DNA of 64,000 nucleotides. Source: the human T2T-CHM13v2.0 reference genome, Homo sapiens. The notes below the pieces were generated by a model. It worked only from the letters and a program-made list of their open reading frames with translations, was not told the DNA's origin and did no database searches. This document shows positions 28,852-46,776 of the stretch, one piece after another. Numbering within the stretch: position 1 is the first letter of the stretch; each line of letters begins with the position of its first letter. Position numbers and translations under genes: made by a program. The stretch lies in NCBI RefSeq assembly GCF_009914755.1, contig NC_060937.1. One strand, given 5' to 3'.

Positions 28852-31017
28852 AGGTTGCCTTCCAGTGTTTTTGTAGTTGGGGGAAAAGCCCACACTCTTA
28901 ATGTATCAATAGTTTGTTCCATTTCATTGCTGAGTAGTATTCCACTGTATGAATGTACCACAATTTGCTTATTCATTCACCAGTTATAGGAACTCTGGAT
29001 ATTTACCAATTTTTGTATATTATGAACAAAGCTGCTAAAAACATTTATATAGAGTTCTTTGTGTGAACATTTGTTTTTATTTATCTTGTATAAATAGAAG
29101 TAGGCTCACTATGTTATATTGCAAGCATATATCCAACTTTATCAGAAGCTGCAAATCATTTTATAAAGTTACCATACCATTTCACATTCTCACCAGCTAT
29201 GTATAAGTATTTCCTATTACTTTACATACTTGCCTGAACTTGAAGTTGTCAGTTTTACTTTAAAATGTGTTCATTCTAATAGGATGGATAATTTTTATAT
29301 TCAGGTATTGAATAGCGGTTCTAATTTATATTTCCCTAATGACAATATTGTTAATTATATTTTCTATATGTTTATTTGCCATCTGTACTGTTCTTTTTGA
29401 AGTAATTGTTCAGATAGTTTTGTCTTTTCAGTTGGAATGCTTGTTGTCTTATTAATATGCTGTAAGCATTTGTTTTAATTCTAAATACGAGTCCTGTGTC
29501 AGATATGTGTTTTAAAAATATTTTCCCTCAGCTGACAGATTCATTTCATTTTTATACAGTGTCTTACAAAGACCAGATGTTTTAATTTTGATTATGTCTA
29601 ATTTATCAATTAAAATATTGTCTCTCATATAAAAGTCTTTGCTTAAACCCGTAAACATGGTCGATACTTTCGTTTTATTAAGTATTCATTAAGCTTTCAT
29701 CAGAGTTTTTGTAGTTTGCATTGTGTAAATTCTGCCAATATTTATCCTTAAGTATTTTATTTTATAAATGGTTGTTTTAGTTTTAATTTCTGATTGTTAT
29801 TAGCTATTGTATAGAAATGCAATTGTTTGGTCTAGTATCCTGTGCTCAAATCAGATAATTAACTTCAGTGAAATTTTTGTAGATTTTTAAGGATATTTGC
29901 ACACAGAGGATCAGGTTGTCTGTAAATAAAATATTTTTACTTCTTTCTTTCTTTCTCATATCCATGTCTTTCCTTCCTTTTTCTTCACACTTTCTTTATT
30001 GTACTGTATAGAATCTCAGTACAACAACAATGCTGAATAGGATTGGTCAGACATCCTTCTCTTCTTCAATATCTTTGGGGAAAATATTCAGTGTTTCATC
30101 ATTAAATGTGTTACCTGTTGCTGTTGTGTAGATGTGCCTCATCACCTTGAGGAAGCTCTCCTCTATTGTTTGTTTGTTGAAAATGATGATCACAAAGGAT
30201 GGTCAATTTTTCTCAAATCTTTTCTCTGTATCTGTTGAGATAATCACATGAGTGTTTTTTTCATGTATTGATATAATGAAGTGCATCTTTTATATATGGA
30301 TATAAGGAAATGCATCTATGTTCAAATATTGAAATCAACTTTTTTATTATATTATTTTTTATTATATGAAGCTCAATTGTTCATGATGTATTTATCTATA
30401 TATTACATTTAAATGTTTGCTAATAGTTTAAGTATTTTATATATTCTTTCATAAAGTACCTTCATCTGCAGTTTTCTTGTAATGAGGTGAATGCAAGTGA
30501 TGACAACAGAGTGTCTTCTTAATGGTGCTTGCATGAGGCCAAGGCCGTGAAATGTGCAACATTCTCCAGCTACAAGTGTTTTCAGGAGAATTTCAGGCTT
30601 AGTTTAACTTGAAAGACAGGAGAAAAGTGGTGACATAACAGTCATACCAATGTAAACACACAAAGATGGGAACAACAGCTTTTAATACCATAATCAGAAA
30701 TAGAATGAAATACTCTTATGTACATAGAGAGCTAAGTTTTCTCTACCACACTCAGATAGCACAGATTCACAGAATATTTCCAGATGCATTGCAAAGCAAG
30801 TACCTTTTAAGAAGATCAAGTACTTAAAGATGATAGGACTTTTACTTTGGATTATTTATATCATATTTAATTACTTGTATTTTGAAATTGTGCTATTCAT
30901 TTAAAACTTCTGTTTTTGCTGTGTGTGTGTGTGTGTGTGTGTCTGTGTGTGTGTTTAATTTGTAATGCACTGTCAACAGATTTTTGTTTCAATAAACTCT
31001 TTGTGGTATACCAGTCT

Positions 31018-31642
31018 CTCTCTCTCTCTCTTTTTTAAGTGATTTCAACTTTTAGATTCAAGGGGTACATGTGTAGGTTTATTGCATGAGTAAACTGAGT
31101 GATGCTGAGGCTTGGGGTACAAATGATCCTGCCACTCAGGTAATGAGCATAATATCCAATAGGAAGTTTCTAACCCTTCCTTCACTACCTCTCTCTCCTC
31201 TGTAGTAGTTCCCAGTGTCTATCTTTATGTCCACATGTACCCAGTGCTTAGCTCCCACTTATACATGAGAATATGTGGTATTTGGTTTTTTGTTCCTGCC
31301 CTAATTCTCTCTTAATTCACTGAGGATAATGGTCCCCAGCTGCATCCATGTTGCTGCAAAGACATGATTCTGTTCTTTTTTATGACTGCATAATATTCCA
31401 TGATGTATGTGTATTACATTGTCTTTATCCAATCCACCATTGATTAATATGTAGGTTAATTCCATGCAAATTAATTCAGCCACTGTGAAAAAAAGTTTGG
31501 AGATTTCTCAAATAACTTAAAACAAAACTACCCTTCAACCCAGCAATCCCATTACTGGGTATATACCCAATGGAAAATAAATCATTCTACCATAAATACA
31601 TGTGCAATTGTATATTCATCACAGCACTATTCACAATGACAA
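31018..31642 (-). mobile_element. 5'-inverted (twin-primed) L1PA15/16-like insertion
   Basis: Minus-strand 3' part to about 31466, then a plus-strand L1 segment at 31467-31642. TSD GGTATACCAGTCT (31005-31017) / GTTATACCAGTCT (31643-31655). Confidence 0.9.
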
Positions 31643-33357
31643 GTTATACCAGTCTTAACATAAGTTACACTTCCTTAAAAATGCCTTTACCATCTAGTTT
31701 AAATTACCTCTTTCCCAATCACTGTCTATTACGTCATTCTGTTTTAGTGTATTCACTGAACTTATCAATTCTGATATTATATCGTTCAATTTTCTTTTGT
31801 TTATGTACTATCTTTTCTCCTGAGATAAATTGTGAGTGTGTGTATGTACACGTGAATATTTATGTGTGTCAAGTGGATGAGATATAGAATGGCAGAGTGA
31901 ATTATTTATTTTTATTTCATATACAGAAAAATGTAAGATAATAACTGAAATGTTGTTACCAGTGAAATGTTGTATCATACAAATATGTCAATTAACAACT
32001 CAGGAATCTGTTTTTAGCTGAAATATTAGGATATGACTTTTTCCACACAGAGATCAAATAATAAAACTGCATTTTGTGATTTCAAGACTAAAAATAATTG
32101 ACAAATGTTTTTCATCTTAAAGAAATGCTGATCATAGCACAAAAATAACACATTGACAAAGAACTCATAAATTATTATGAAGAAAGAGAAGCAATTGCTG
32201 CTTTAGTGGTTAATGAAGGCAGTAAAAATTTTGCATCACTTATTAGATGAAATCAAGTTTCATAAAAATCAATTATTAAAAACCATGTTTAAAGTTAACC
32301 TATAACATTCACAGCAAACACAGTAATGACAAATGACATGACCAAGTGATTCTTGCAACTGATGACACTAAATATAAGATAGATCTCATCCTTGGACTTG
32401 TTCTGTAGTAAGATACAATAAAGAGCTCTGTCAAACATGAGAGAAAGGCATTTGGCGATTGGGGAATTTTTCCATAGCTGCATTTATTAAGGTTTGCATC
32501 ACATCCGAGAAACAGATCTATGTAAGTAGGAATTAAAATGTGTTATCAGAACACCAAAGAATGGCGTTTATAATTATATACCTTTATGCTTGAAAATATG
32601 TTGTATGTTGTATGGCATACAACATATGTCATTCCAGCAGTTTTAAATGGGTACTTAAAAAGTTTTAAGAATTTAATTAACTTAGATTTTATCATAAGCA
32701 TATTAATTTGTTTTTCAAGTATGACACTTAAAAGTATGATGTTTGCACTCTTAAGAGAGCAAAGTGATCAAATACATTCTTAGGAATATACATGCAGAGA
32801 CTGTAAAGTGATTTGTTGATAGCCTGTAGAATAGGATATCCATTTTTTTGTCAGATGAGAATGAAAAGTAGATGTTCTATAAGAACAGGATGTAAGTTTA
32901 TTGCAATAGTCACAGTTATAAGACCATTTTTCTATGTTGTGCCCTTCTACATTGATTAAATCTTCTTGGTTATTCGAATCAAGTATATGATTTGATTAGC
33001 CTTATAACACTTTGCTCTTTATCTCACTTCTAATCTCTTTTCTTATTTTCCAAGGCTCTGTGTTCAACTTCATTCTATTTAGGCTTTTATTTCAATAGTA
33101 GTCTATTTGATCTTTCCTCTAATGCCCTATTAGCGTTATTTGTATGAGTTCTCAGAACTCTTTTACTCATTTCAACCATTTTTACTCTCCTTAGAATATT
33201 TAAGGTATGGATAAGTGAATAAAGAAATTTAGTAATTTCTTGCATTGTTTACTGAAAAGCATACTACTCATACACATTCTATAAATTATTTTGTTCAAAA
33301 TAAGTAATTTTAAAATGCTATGAAATGTCAACAGTTCTTATAAAAATTATGCCTACT

Positions 33358-33650
<293 letters not shown>

Positions 33651-36179
33651 AAAAATTATGCCTGCCAATATTTGTCAGTAATTGGTAGCAGTATCAGTTA
33701 TTAGTAATGTTTTATATTATTTCTGGATATCTGTTTATTTACGGTTAAGGTGATTGCTTGAAAGTCATACCAAGATAAATATATGGAAACTTATCCATAA
33801 CTTAGAAGGACAAATTCCATCTTATTATTGGTAGCTGTCATCATGATCATCACTATCACAAGAGTGTAGACTTATTTTGAAGAGATCATTTTACCAAGTC
33901 AATAAAGCCCCTGATTAATAGCTCCTGCCTTGTAGGTCCAGATACTTAAGTTTACATACTCTACCTTACCATAAAAACCAGATGGAGGAAAACCAGATGT
34001 ACTTTTTAAAATAGATTATTCTTTGTAAGGATTATTTATGACTGATTATAGTACCATTATCAGTAAACACACCTTGCTATCTACCTTTAACAAGACTAAA
34101 CCATATCCTAATGTAACCATGGACGTCAATTCTCTCTGTGATCAAGGAACAGTTTTAACTTTGTAGACATGAATAAATAAAATCATGAATGATTTCCCAA
34201 TGGATTTATATAATATAGTAATCTCCTCTGTACTTTACAAAGATTTACAAGCAACTGATTCAGCTTTAGAATATGAGAAAAAAAGACTTTGAAGTAAAAG
34301 TATATCTGTCGTGAATTTTGATGATGTAAACCAGGTACTACCAAATGCTTAAAATATGCTCAGAATGAGGGTTACTTTATGAGAGATGTTTTGTACCTAA
34401 AAGTAATCTTCGTGTGAGTTATGAATTTTGAGGTAAAATTCTGAATCTGCCACCATATGGGCTTGAACATGTTAGTTACCTCATTCTGAATGAAAATATT
34501 GAATGAAAATCTCTCCCAACTCTGGAAATAGATATACTTCTCTAGCAATTACTCTCATCATAATATTTAGGAATTTTTGAACGACAATTTTATTTTCTCA
34601 AAGTGATTAAAAAAAAAACCCTAATTATTCTCCCACTGGTTACTTAAGGCTCTCCCTACTACCGATAGTAAATCGGAGAGGCTAGCCTAGTCAGTGTAAT
34701 ATCATGCAACTATGTCCGAGAGACTCATGGTTTATTCTATTGGGTTTAGTGAGGTGCAGAAAGACAATTTATGACCCATATGGCACATTTATGAACTTTA
34801 AAACATGGCATCACTCTTATGTGATTTTTATGGACCTAAGGAACTTGGCTTCAATAACAAACTGAGTTATGTACTTGGAAATCTCTACTTCTGCAGAAAG
34901 TCTTTGAAAAAGAGATGTGACCAGACAGTGTCAGAGGAAGATTAGAAAGAAAAAAAACCCTTCTCTTTCCCTATAGATTATTTTATTAGACTTTCTACAT
35001 TATGTTTAATATTAAATATTTTTTTCTATAATTCATTTACTTAAAGGTCAGTAGATAAAATGTGTGTCTATTATTTTAGATATTAGAGGAAATTATCATC
35101 TCCAAATAAATACAGATAGAGACCTCCTCATCAATGGCAACAGTTTTATTTTAATGGTAAAAATTAAGTAATGGAGTGTCTTTCGAAATGACACTGCTCA
35201 AATGCTAGTCTTGAGCAAAAGGAAATAGAATAGAAGCAATGAAAGTCTGGTGATAACCAGTAGCCGTAGAGTGATAAACTTGCCTCATCTCCGCAATTTC
35301 TACCAGAATCTTAAGTTCACCATAGTGCCTGAGATTCAGTCTCTCATTTCTACACTTCCAGAGGATCCTAAAAACATGTAAGGATTCTTCATTTGGCTTC
35401 ATATTGTATGGCTATAAACTCTCTCAGTATCCAAACAACTTCCTCTGGCATAGTTTTATTTTGTTAGTAAATTTTAAATCACAGAAGTCTATAAAATATC
35501 AATCTAGCTTATTATAATCAGAGATTTGACTGACTGCTGGTCCCTAAAAGCTTTTTGGTAAGTGTTGGAAAACTAAAAGCTTTTGGTAAATGTGTGAAAA
35601 CAATTTATACGCAATTCAATAGACTTTGTAAGATGCAAATTATTCATGAAGCTATGGTAAAAATTTCTCCAAAACAGATTTAAAATGGAGTCCAAATGAT
35701 TACATTGTGCTTAAAAATCAAATGTAAAATTGGAATTTCATCAGAATATCATGAGCAGATTGAATTTCCCTTTCAAGTCTATTAACTATTTGCTTGGGGT
35801 TGATTTGCCTTAAGAAAAGGGGAAACTCAACAACTCATTTTGTGCCAAAATTAATTCTAACAGTAATACATTTTGTGGTCCACTGACTTTCAATTTATTA
35901 GCAGTGGAGCTTGGTTGATTGTTTTGATCTTCAGTTTATTGGCAATGAAGTAGGATTTACTGTGCCATTGCCTTTCAATAACATAAATGTTACTTCACTG
36001 TGCTTGTGCTGCATTGTACGGCACTATAAGAAAATGATTTAATTGTCTGTCTTTGCTTAAACTTATAATACTTTTGAGTGTAGTAGAACATTTAATGTCA
36101 AGCTTGTCTCTTTGCATATTTATTTTTGCAGTCTCAACTCATAAGAGGTAAAAAATGTGTTAGTCTAAGGACCTGCCAT

Positions 36180-36213
36180 TGCAATTTGATTACATTGACA
36201 CCAGATGGCAGTG
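36180..36213 (+). promoter_or_regulatory. Candidate CTCF site (core plus upstream motif)
   Basis: Core TTGACACCAGATGGCAGTG (36195-36213), preceded after a 6-bp spacer by TGCAATTTG (36180-36188). Confidence 0.6.
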
Positions 36214-37699
36214 AATAGGTCCCTAGGTATTAGATATTAGAATACATGTAACTTTATATCCAAAGAACTGGATAACCTTTAAAAAACATTTGAAATTAAA
36301 CTTCATGCAATGTGCTTAAAGATAATTTTTTGAAACAGCTTTAAAGAATAAAGATAAAGAGTGTGATAATTATATCTTTTCTTAATAAGGCATGCCTTTT
36401 TACATTTAATTTATATCTTGGTTTGGAAGCCTAGTTTCAGTGTCAAAGTAAGTCTGAATTTTAAGTTTTTGGTAAGTTTGTTTGGACTTTTGCTTAATTT
36501 CTTATAAACTCAGGTTTCTTCATTGCCAATATTCTAGCACCTCCTCAATAAGTTCAAAAATATTTTGATTTTGTTTTCCTCTCAAAAAACCGTAACAACT
36601 TCTGTTCCATATAGATATACCCTAAAGTAGACTATTTCACATTTAGTTTAATATAACTCTCTGTCAAAATTACTGACTCCAGAAGGTGTTTTCTAGATAT
36701 TGATTGTCTGAAAAGCATCAACTTGTCTCTTTACATATTCAAGTACACAACTCTTACCTCTCTTAGAATTTCTAGAAGGACATTAGGGTTATGATGGCAG
36801 TGTTAACAATGCCTTATATGAAATGTGGGGGGCTGAACATTAACAAGACACAGAGGAGATATTTGGTAAGGGAAAAGCAATAACCCTCCAAAAATATCTC
36901 TTGAGCAAATGCATGAATGATGTTTTCATTCATTAGGCTAAGTGTATGGACTAGAAGCAGGGCAAGTAAGTTTCAAAGGATAATGCTATTTGTGACATTT
37001 TGTATTTGTGATGATTCTGTGAATTTCAAGTAGTGATATAACATAGTAGTTATGTTAATTGATTTAAAGATCATACAAAAGATCTGACCTAGATATGTAG
37101 ATCTGAGAATCATCATTAACGTATAGGTAATAGTTCCCAGGTTAAGCCTGACAAAGTATTACAGGGTTCTTCCAATATTTTAGGAGTGTGAAAAAAAGTG
37201 AACTCCTTAAACAAGATTGACAAGTATCATCTTAGTATATGGAAAGGGGCAAAAAATGCTACTGTCATGAAAATCAAAAGAGAATAAATTTTCAACTAGA
37301 AAAATTAATAAGAGCACATTCTGTGGAATACTCCGAATGAAAGAAAAATAGTTACTTATTGGTTTAGGAAATGAACAATTTTACTGGTACCCTTAGTGAG
37401 AACCATTTCTGTGGAGTGGTGTGGGAAAAATTCAAATTACAGAAGTGGTAGATATTGATGTGGAATTATTGATAAGAGATCATTCTTTACTATTTATAGT
37501 TGTGTGTCTTTGGGTAGACTGCAGAGGGGAATACAAAATCTATACCAGGGTATATAAATGTATAAGTTGCTTCAGTCTCTTACATAAGGTATTTAGCTTA
37601 TGGTAAGGGCTCACTACATGTTAACTGTGATTCTTTGTAGGGTGAGAAACTATTTCTTCCCTTCTGATACCTTTATGTGTAGAGAAAGAGTTTGGGTCT

Positions 37700-40351
<2,652 letters not shown>

Positions 40352-41607
40352 GGTCTCATTTGATATCCATTCCATGAGAGGAGGAATGACTTGCTCATAT
40401 TTTTGGTTATGCTGATTCTAGTTCTTAAAGTTATGCATATAGTAGTCATAGAAAAAGCTTTTATCATTCACTATTGTCTTTCTGAAGGGTAGAAAGGAAA
40501 AAGGCAGCATCAGTGGTATATTCCTAAGTACCACGATCTGCCATCCAACAGACGCTCTTTGCATTGAGGTAGTGTTTCCATATTAACACTGAAGACTTCT
40601 GGCCCAGAGTCCATCATGTAGCCTTATTAGAAATAAACAAAGAAGTCTATGTTGTCAGTATACTATTGACTGTAAACAGTATTTATTAATTTTAATGTAT
40701 TTTGTTCCAATTTGAAAAAATATTACAATCCTTTTTAGGTGATGGTGGAGGTTGATATTCAGTGTTACTTCAGATAATAATAATAGTTTTCTTGAAGGTA
40801 ACACATTTGTTGGAAATGGTGATATGATCAAATACACAGAGGAAAATAGGAGATGAAATTCTGTCCCAATTGGAAGTTGGAAGACTGTGGCATATAAAAT
40901 GATATATATACAAGGAGTTTCCTCCACAAAGTGGAGCTCTGTGAACCTGAGACAGTCCAACGAAAAGTGCAAGATTTAGTAAATGAGTCCTGCATTCTTA
41001 TAATAATTCACGGATATTTTCCTCTGTGGTTGCTTTACGAAAAGCCTGAAAATTGTTACATTTTGTTACTATTATTATTAATATTTTATTATTACCAACA
41101 AATGAAAAGAAATGCCTTTGTGTGATAAAAATTCAAGTTGTTTGTAGGTCAGACTCCTTTCACATAGTTTTTAGTGTTACCTTTAGTTATTAATGTGGTA
41201 GGCTTATTTGTCTTCAGTTGGCCTGGTAGCAACAGATTATGTTTATATTTAGCAATGTTTATTCTTTTTTTTCAGTTTTATTTCTCCTTTACATCATCAT
41301 TTCACTCATAATGAATCAGATTCTGTACAGCAAACAAATGAATTTGGCTTAATTTCTACTTAATCGATCACTTGGTAAGACTCAATCACTTTAAGTTTGT
41401 CTTGGGTGATAGACAAAATTTAGTAATTTATTGAAACCTAAATGCAGGAGTTAGACAAGCTGTGTAATTTTTTCTTTTATCCCCAAACCCCTGTGGCAGG
41501 GATCCTCTTGAATGGTCCCGTCTCAATAGATAGAGGGGAATTCTTGAGCATTCCTCATGAGAAAATAATTTGTTCCTTCGTGAACATATAGTTTGTAAAC
41601 CACCATT

Positions 41608-41980
41608 AGGTAGAATAGATTTTAAAAATGTAGTGCATATATACCATGGAATACTATGTAGCCATAAAAAAGAATGACAACATGTCCTTTATAGGAACAT
41701 GGATGGAGCTGGAGGCTATTATCCGTAGCAAACTAACACAGGAACAGAAAACAAATACCATGTCTTCTGATGTGAACATGGACACGTGGAAGACAACAAC
41801 AGACACCAGGCCTATCAGAGGGTGGAGAGTAGGAGAAGAAAGAGGATTAGGAAAAACAACTAGTGCATACTATCTTGAATACTTTGGTGATGAAATAATC
41901 TGTACAACAAAACCCTATAACACAAGTTTGCCTATATAACAAACCTGAACTTAAAATAAAAGTTAAAAAAATAAAAAAGT
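41608..41980 (+). mobile_element. 5'-truncated L1PA 3' end
   Basis: ACCATGGAATACTATGTAGCCATAAAAAAGAATGA...GGTGATGAAATAATCTGTACAACAAAACCC...AACTTAAAATAAAAGTTAAAAAA. Confidence 0.85.
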
Positions 41981-42906
41981 TAAAGCAAGATACATCACAC
42001 TTGAGGTAATGCATATGTTATAACAAGAAAAAGTGAATCTACACATAATACATCTTTTGTTTGTAAAACTTGGACCAACATGGGAGAAAATATACATGCT
42101 TGTTGCTTTGTAATATATTTGTTAAAGAATAAAGAAAACTTTGCAATTCCTGAAATTAACAAGGCAACATTATAATTGTGTGTTACCAATGCCAAACAAT
42201 CATAAGTACAGAATAGTCAACAGAAGGAGGCAAAATGGTGACCCTGTCTCATTTTTGGAGCTCGAAAGAACAGAAGGCCTTGCTGAGACAAAACACAGGG
42301 AGTGTTTTCCCATTCTGTTTAGAGCTTCAAAGCTGTTTGAGTAGAGCAATACCTGAGCAATTATTGCAAATTAATATGTGATTTTATTTAATTAAACTTG
42401 AGTAAGAGAATAAAGAGGTTTTACTGAAAATCTGTTTGTATTCATACCTGTCCCTTGGAGTTCTAAAGCTCTCATATGCTACTTTTGATTAAGCTGGGTC
42501 CTGGCAAGGAAAAAGTAGTCTCTCTTGATCTTTGGCCAAAATATACCTACATATGTCTTTGTTCCTGAACACTCATGAATTTTCTGAAAGTAGGAAATGT
42601 TAAGATGTGGTGATGCGGGGAGGAAATATGTTTTAAATTTCTGGAAGAAAGAAAATGTGGTGCTTGACTACAGAACACTTTGGTCCCATGATATCGCAGG
42701 AGAGGTTTCCTTTGCTGTGTTCTTCTCATGTTTCTCCTTCACTCTTTTATATTCCCTTCTTTCATCTTCAGTAGATACTAAATTTCTTCACGCAGGTTGC
42801 AGTTCCCTCAACTTCCATGACATAAGATATAAATATAAACTTTAGTATGTTCACAAAACCCCTGCCAAATTGTATGTGGGTAAGTAAGTGTATATTAATA
42901 CATGCA

Positions 42907-43108
42907 TTCTCTCTCTGTATGTGTGTGTGTCTCTCTGAGCCTGCCTCTTTCTTTCTCTCTCTTTCTCTCTTTCTTTCTCTCTTTTGCCTTCCTTCCTCCC
43001 TCCCTCCTTCCCTCCCTCCCTTTCTTTCTTTCTCTTTCTTTCTTTCTCTTTCTTTCTTTTTCTTTCTTTCTTTCCTTCCTTCCTTCCTTCTTTCTTTCTC
43101 TCTCTCTC
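42907..43108. repeat. Polypyrimidine compound microsatellite (CT/CCTT/CTTT)
   Basis: Read directly. Confidence 0.95.
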
Positions 43109-45609
43109 GTAAGAAATAAATAAGTCATTCACCCCCAACAAAATAAGAGAAATGATATCTATAATCAAAAATGAAGCTAGAAGAGCAACAATAAATATAC
43201 ATACTTGGAAATACATAAAGTAATCTTAAGAAATAGAGAATTTTTCAGGCCAGGATATAATTTAATGAAGTTTTACAGGTGTATAAAAATAAGGCATATT
43301 TTAAAAGGGACTTGTTCAAGTAGGCAATGAATCCACTGTCCAAAAGACTGCCCAAGACCTGGATGCAAGAACTTCATCCTCAAGACACTAGTATAGAAAT
43401 GGATGCAAGCAGAAGTCATAGAATAGACTTTGCAATGAAACACTTGACTAATGAAACTAACACTTTCAGCAAATAATAATAATAATGATAATTATCACTA
43501 AATAATTTCCCCAATGGTAAACTTTATGTAGTAATAAGTGAACTGAAAAAAACATTCTTACCAAAAACTCACAAAGGTTAACCACACCTTTAAGTAAACC
43601 AGTATAGCCAGCCACCCTGGGCAAAAGCCTGGTATTTTGTGGACCTCATTTTAAGCTCCTTAAAATAGTTTCCTAGAATTGAATCAGAATTCCTTGCTTA
43701 TGTCATTTATTCACTTCAACTTTCAATAAATATTTATTGAGAAACTGCTGTGGTGGGTATAGGGGCTATTTAATCTAAATAAAACGTATCTAAATAAAAT
43801 ATCCATGATCAGTGAACGTGGCACTTACTTTCTTTACTTATTAATTTTTCGCCCCTTTTAAAGAAAAGAGCAAAGGTATGATTGGGCATAAGTAGTCCAC
43901 TTTGATTATTTTTAATCTAAATGTGGTAAAAGGAAGACGTCAATTTCGTTACTATTAGTATTTTTCTAAGCCAAATATATTTTGATTAAAATAACTAAAA
44001 TAATAGTTTCAAATGTTAAACTTTTATGGACTTTCTAAAATGAAGGAAACCTTTCCTTCTGTTTAAATTTAGACAATTGGCAAAGCACAGGAACCCTGAA
44101 ATATAATTTGAAAGGTAATTTGTAAAATCCTTCATTCAATAAAATAAAAAAATAAAACTCTGAATTTATACAAATTATTTCCTAAATACACTGAATTGAT
44201 AAGTGAAAAAATGTAAGCAATAATTGGTCTAAGTTTGTTTATGTTAACCAAAATAAATGCTAATTATATCTTTCATTTGCTTAACCTACCGTAAGCATTT
44301 TTTAACTAGATAATTTTTATAAAATTATTTTTATAAGCTTTGTATTTAAAATTTAATGAGAAAGATGGCTACTTAAAGAATGAATAATAAAATTGATGTC
44401 TTTCCCTCGATTATTCTAGTTCTTGGTTATTAAGATTATGATTTTAAATTGCTTATGTAATTTACTCATTGATCTACTAAACATATAAAATATAAGAGTA
44501 TTTCAGGACAGATTCCACTGAAAAATTATTCTACATAAACCTAAATACAGAAGCATTTTGTGTTTAGTTTGTTCTCTGTATAAAATATTATCCTCGTTAC
44601 CAAAGTAAAGATTACCACCATTACTTTATATCAAATTTTATTCTTTTTTTTATATTGGACTTTTTGAGCAAATAATTTAAAATTTTTATCTCCTATAATA
44701 TTTAAAAATCCATTATATTTGCCACCACTAATTTTATTTTACCATGAATTAACACCACTTGTGTGATAGGTTATTTCAAAAATCACATCTGGATATTCCC
44801 AAGCATTTCTATTAAGTTTGTCCTGGGAAAGATGTGTCTATATTGTTGCACACATATCCTGTTAGCGAAGTCCAAGTCACTAAAAAAAATCATCACTTTG
44901 GGAATATAATTCTATGAGCTCTCTCTTCTCCTTTTGTTATCACTAAGCTCTCTTAAATTCTCTATTTCTTCATGCAGAATTACTGACCAAAATAAATAAT
45001 CTGGTGAGAGTTTGTCTGTATTGTGCATTTTTTTTGTCTATAGCTTCTTGATTACCAGATAAATATTGGTTCCTGTCTTCTTTGAACACCTTTCATCCTC
45101 TACAGTATAATTTCATGTTAAGGTTTAGAGACACCACAATTGAATTGCATAAATCTACTCATTATATCATTTAAGCTTTGACTTTCTATTGTAGCCTGTG
45201 GGAAAGAAGGCCTTTCCCTACTCTGCAGTCTAAATTTAAAATCTAGAAATATGACCAGATGTTCTCATTAAGCATTAAATGAGTACTGTGCATGTATATC
45301 ATTTCTTTCTTACACATAATATGCCCTGCAATTTTAGTTTTAATTAAATATGGATTTTCTTTTATACTTAGCTCATTCTCCAGATAGCTACCCTGACTGT
45401 AATAATATTCTTAGTATTCTCCAATGCCACTGAATTTTTATAGAGTCAATGTCTCACTGTGAAACCTCAGCTAGAAACGTACAACATTTATGATCTCTTC
45501 ACACAAAATGGGAGCTCCTAAAATAAAACTTTCCCTTCAAAACTGAACAGTTTAAGCATTACTCGCATGAAGGAAAATTCATAAGATTTATAAAATGTAT
45601 ATATTATGA

Positions 45610-45964
<355 letters not shown>

Positions 45965-46404
45965 TCCTCATAGGTATTCTTAAAATATGTTCTAGTATGA
46001 ATAGAATGGCAGAAAACTTGTTCCGGCTTCAGTGTCAGCTTTCGAGGTACAGAATGAAAGGGCCATTCACTGAGAAATGTCTAGTCATTCATTTTTTTAC
46101 ATAAGTAATTACGGAGCATAAATCACTTGCCTGGCACTATGCTGAAATTTGGAGTATGGAAATTAGAGGACAAATTTGCTGCCTGCTACTGTGCAAACAG
46201 GCAAAATGTATAGCAGAAAACACAATCATTGCTAAACTAGATGTACATGCAAAGCACCAAAGACATCTCGGAGAGGAGGTGTTAACTAAGCTGGTATTGA
46301 AAAAAATACATTGCTTTTGCCACATGGATAAGCCAAGAGAGAGGAAAACATATCACTCAGAGGAAAACATAAACACTCAGAGGAAAGAGACTTTTTTAGC
46401 AGCC

Positions 46405-46625
46405 AATAGTAATGGTTACAAGCCAGGACTTTGAGACCACAGTTTTTCGGTTCAGATGTAACTCCACAACTTACTAAGTGAAAACTTCGGAAAAGTTACG
46501 TAAACTCTCTAAGCCTCTGTTTCCTCATTTATAAAATAGGAACTGCATCATAGAGTTATCATGAGGATAGCATGAGTTAATGCATGTTAACTGTTTATAA
46601 CAGTGCATGTCTAAGTGTTTGTTAA
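46405..46625 (+). mobile_element. MIR
   Basis: MIR core AAGTTACGTAAACTCTCTAAGCCTCTGTTTCCTCATTTATAAAATAGG. Confidence 0.75.
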
Positions 46626-46776
46626 ACAAAAATAAGTAAACAAAATTTGGAAACTTCAAGTTTTCTGAAACACAAAAATTTAAAAGGTCATGAGACAAGT
46701 TGGCCAGATCATAAACGTTTTCAATTTCTTTAAAAAGATAAATAGAAAAGAAAAGTTATTTTGAGCAGAGTGGTGA

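Noticed and set aside
42847-43216. KERK/SLSF-rich ORFs (also 55073-55428)
   Set aside because: Microsatellite translations.
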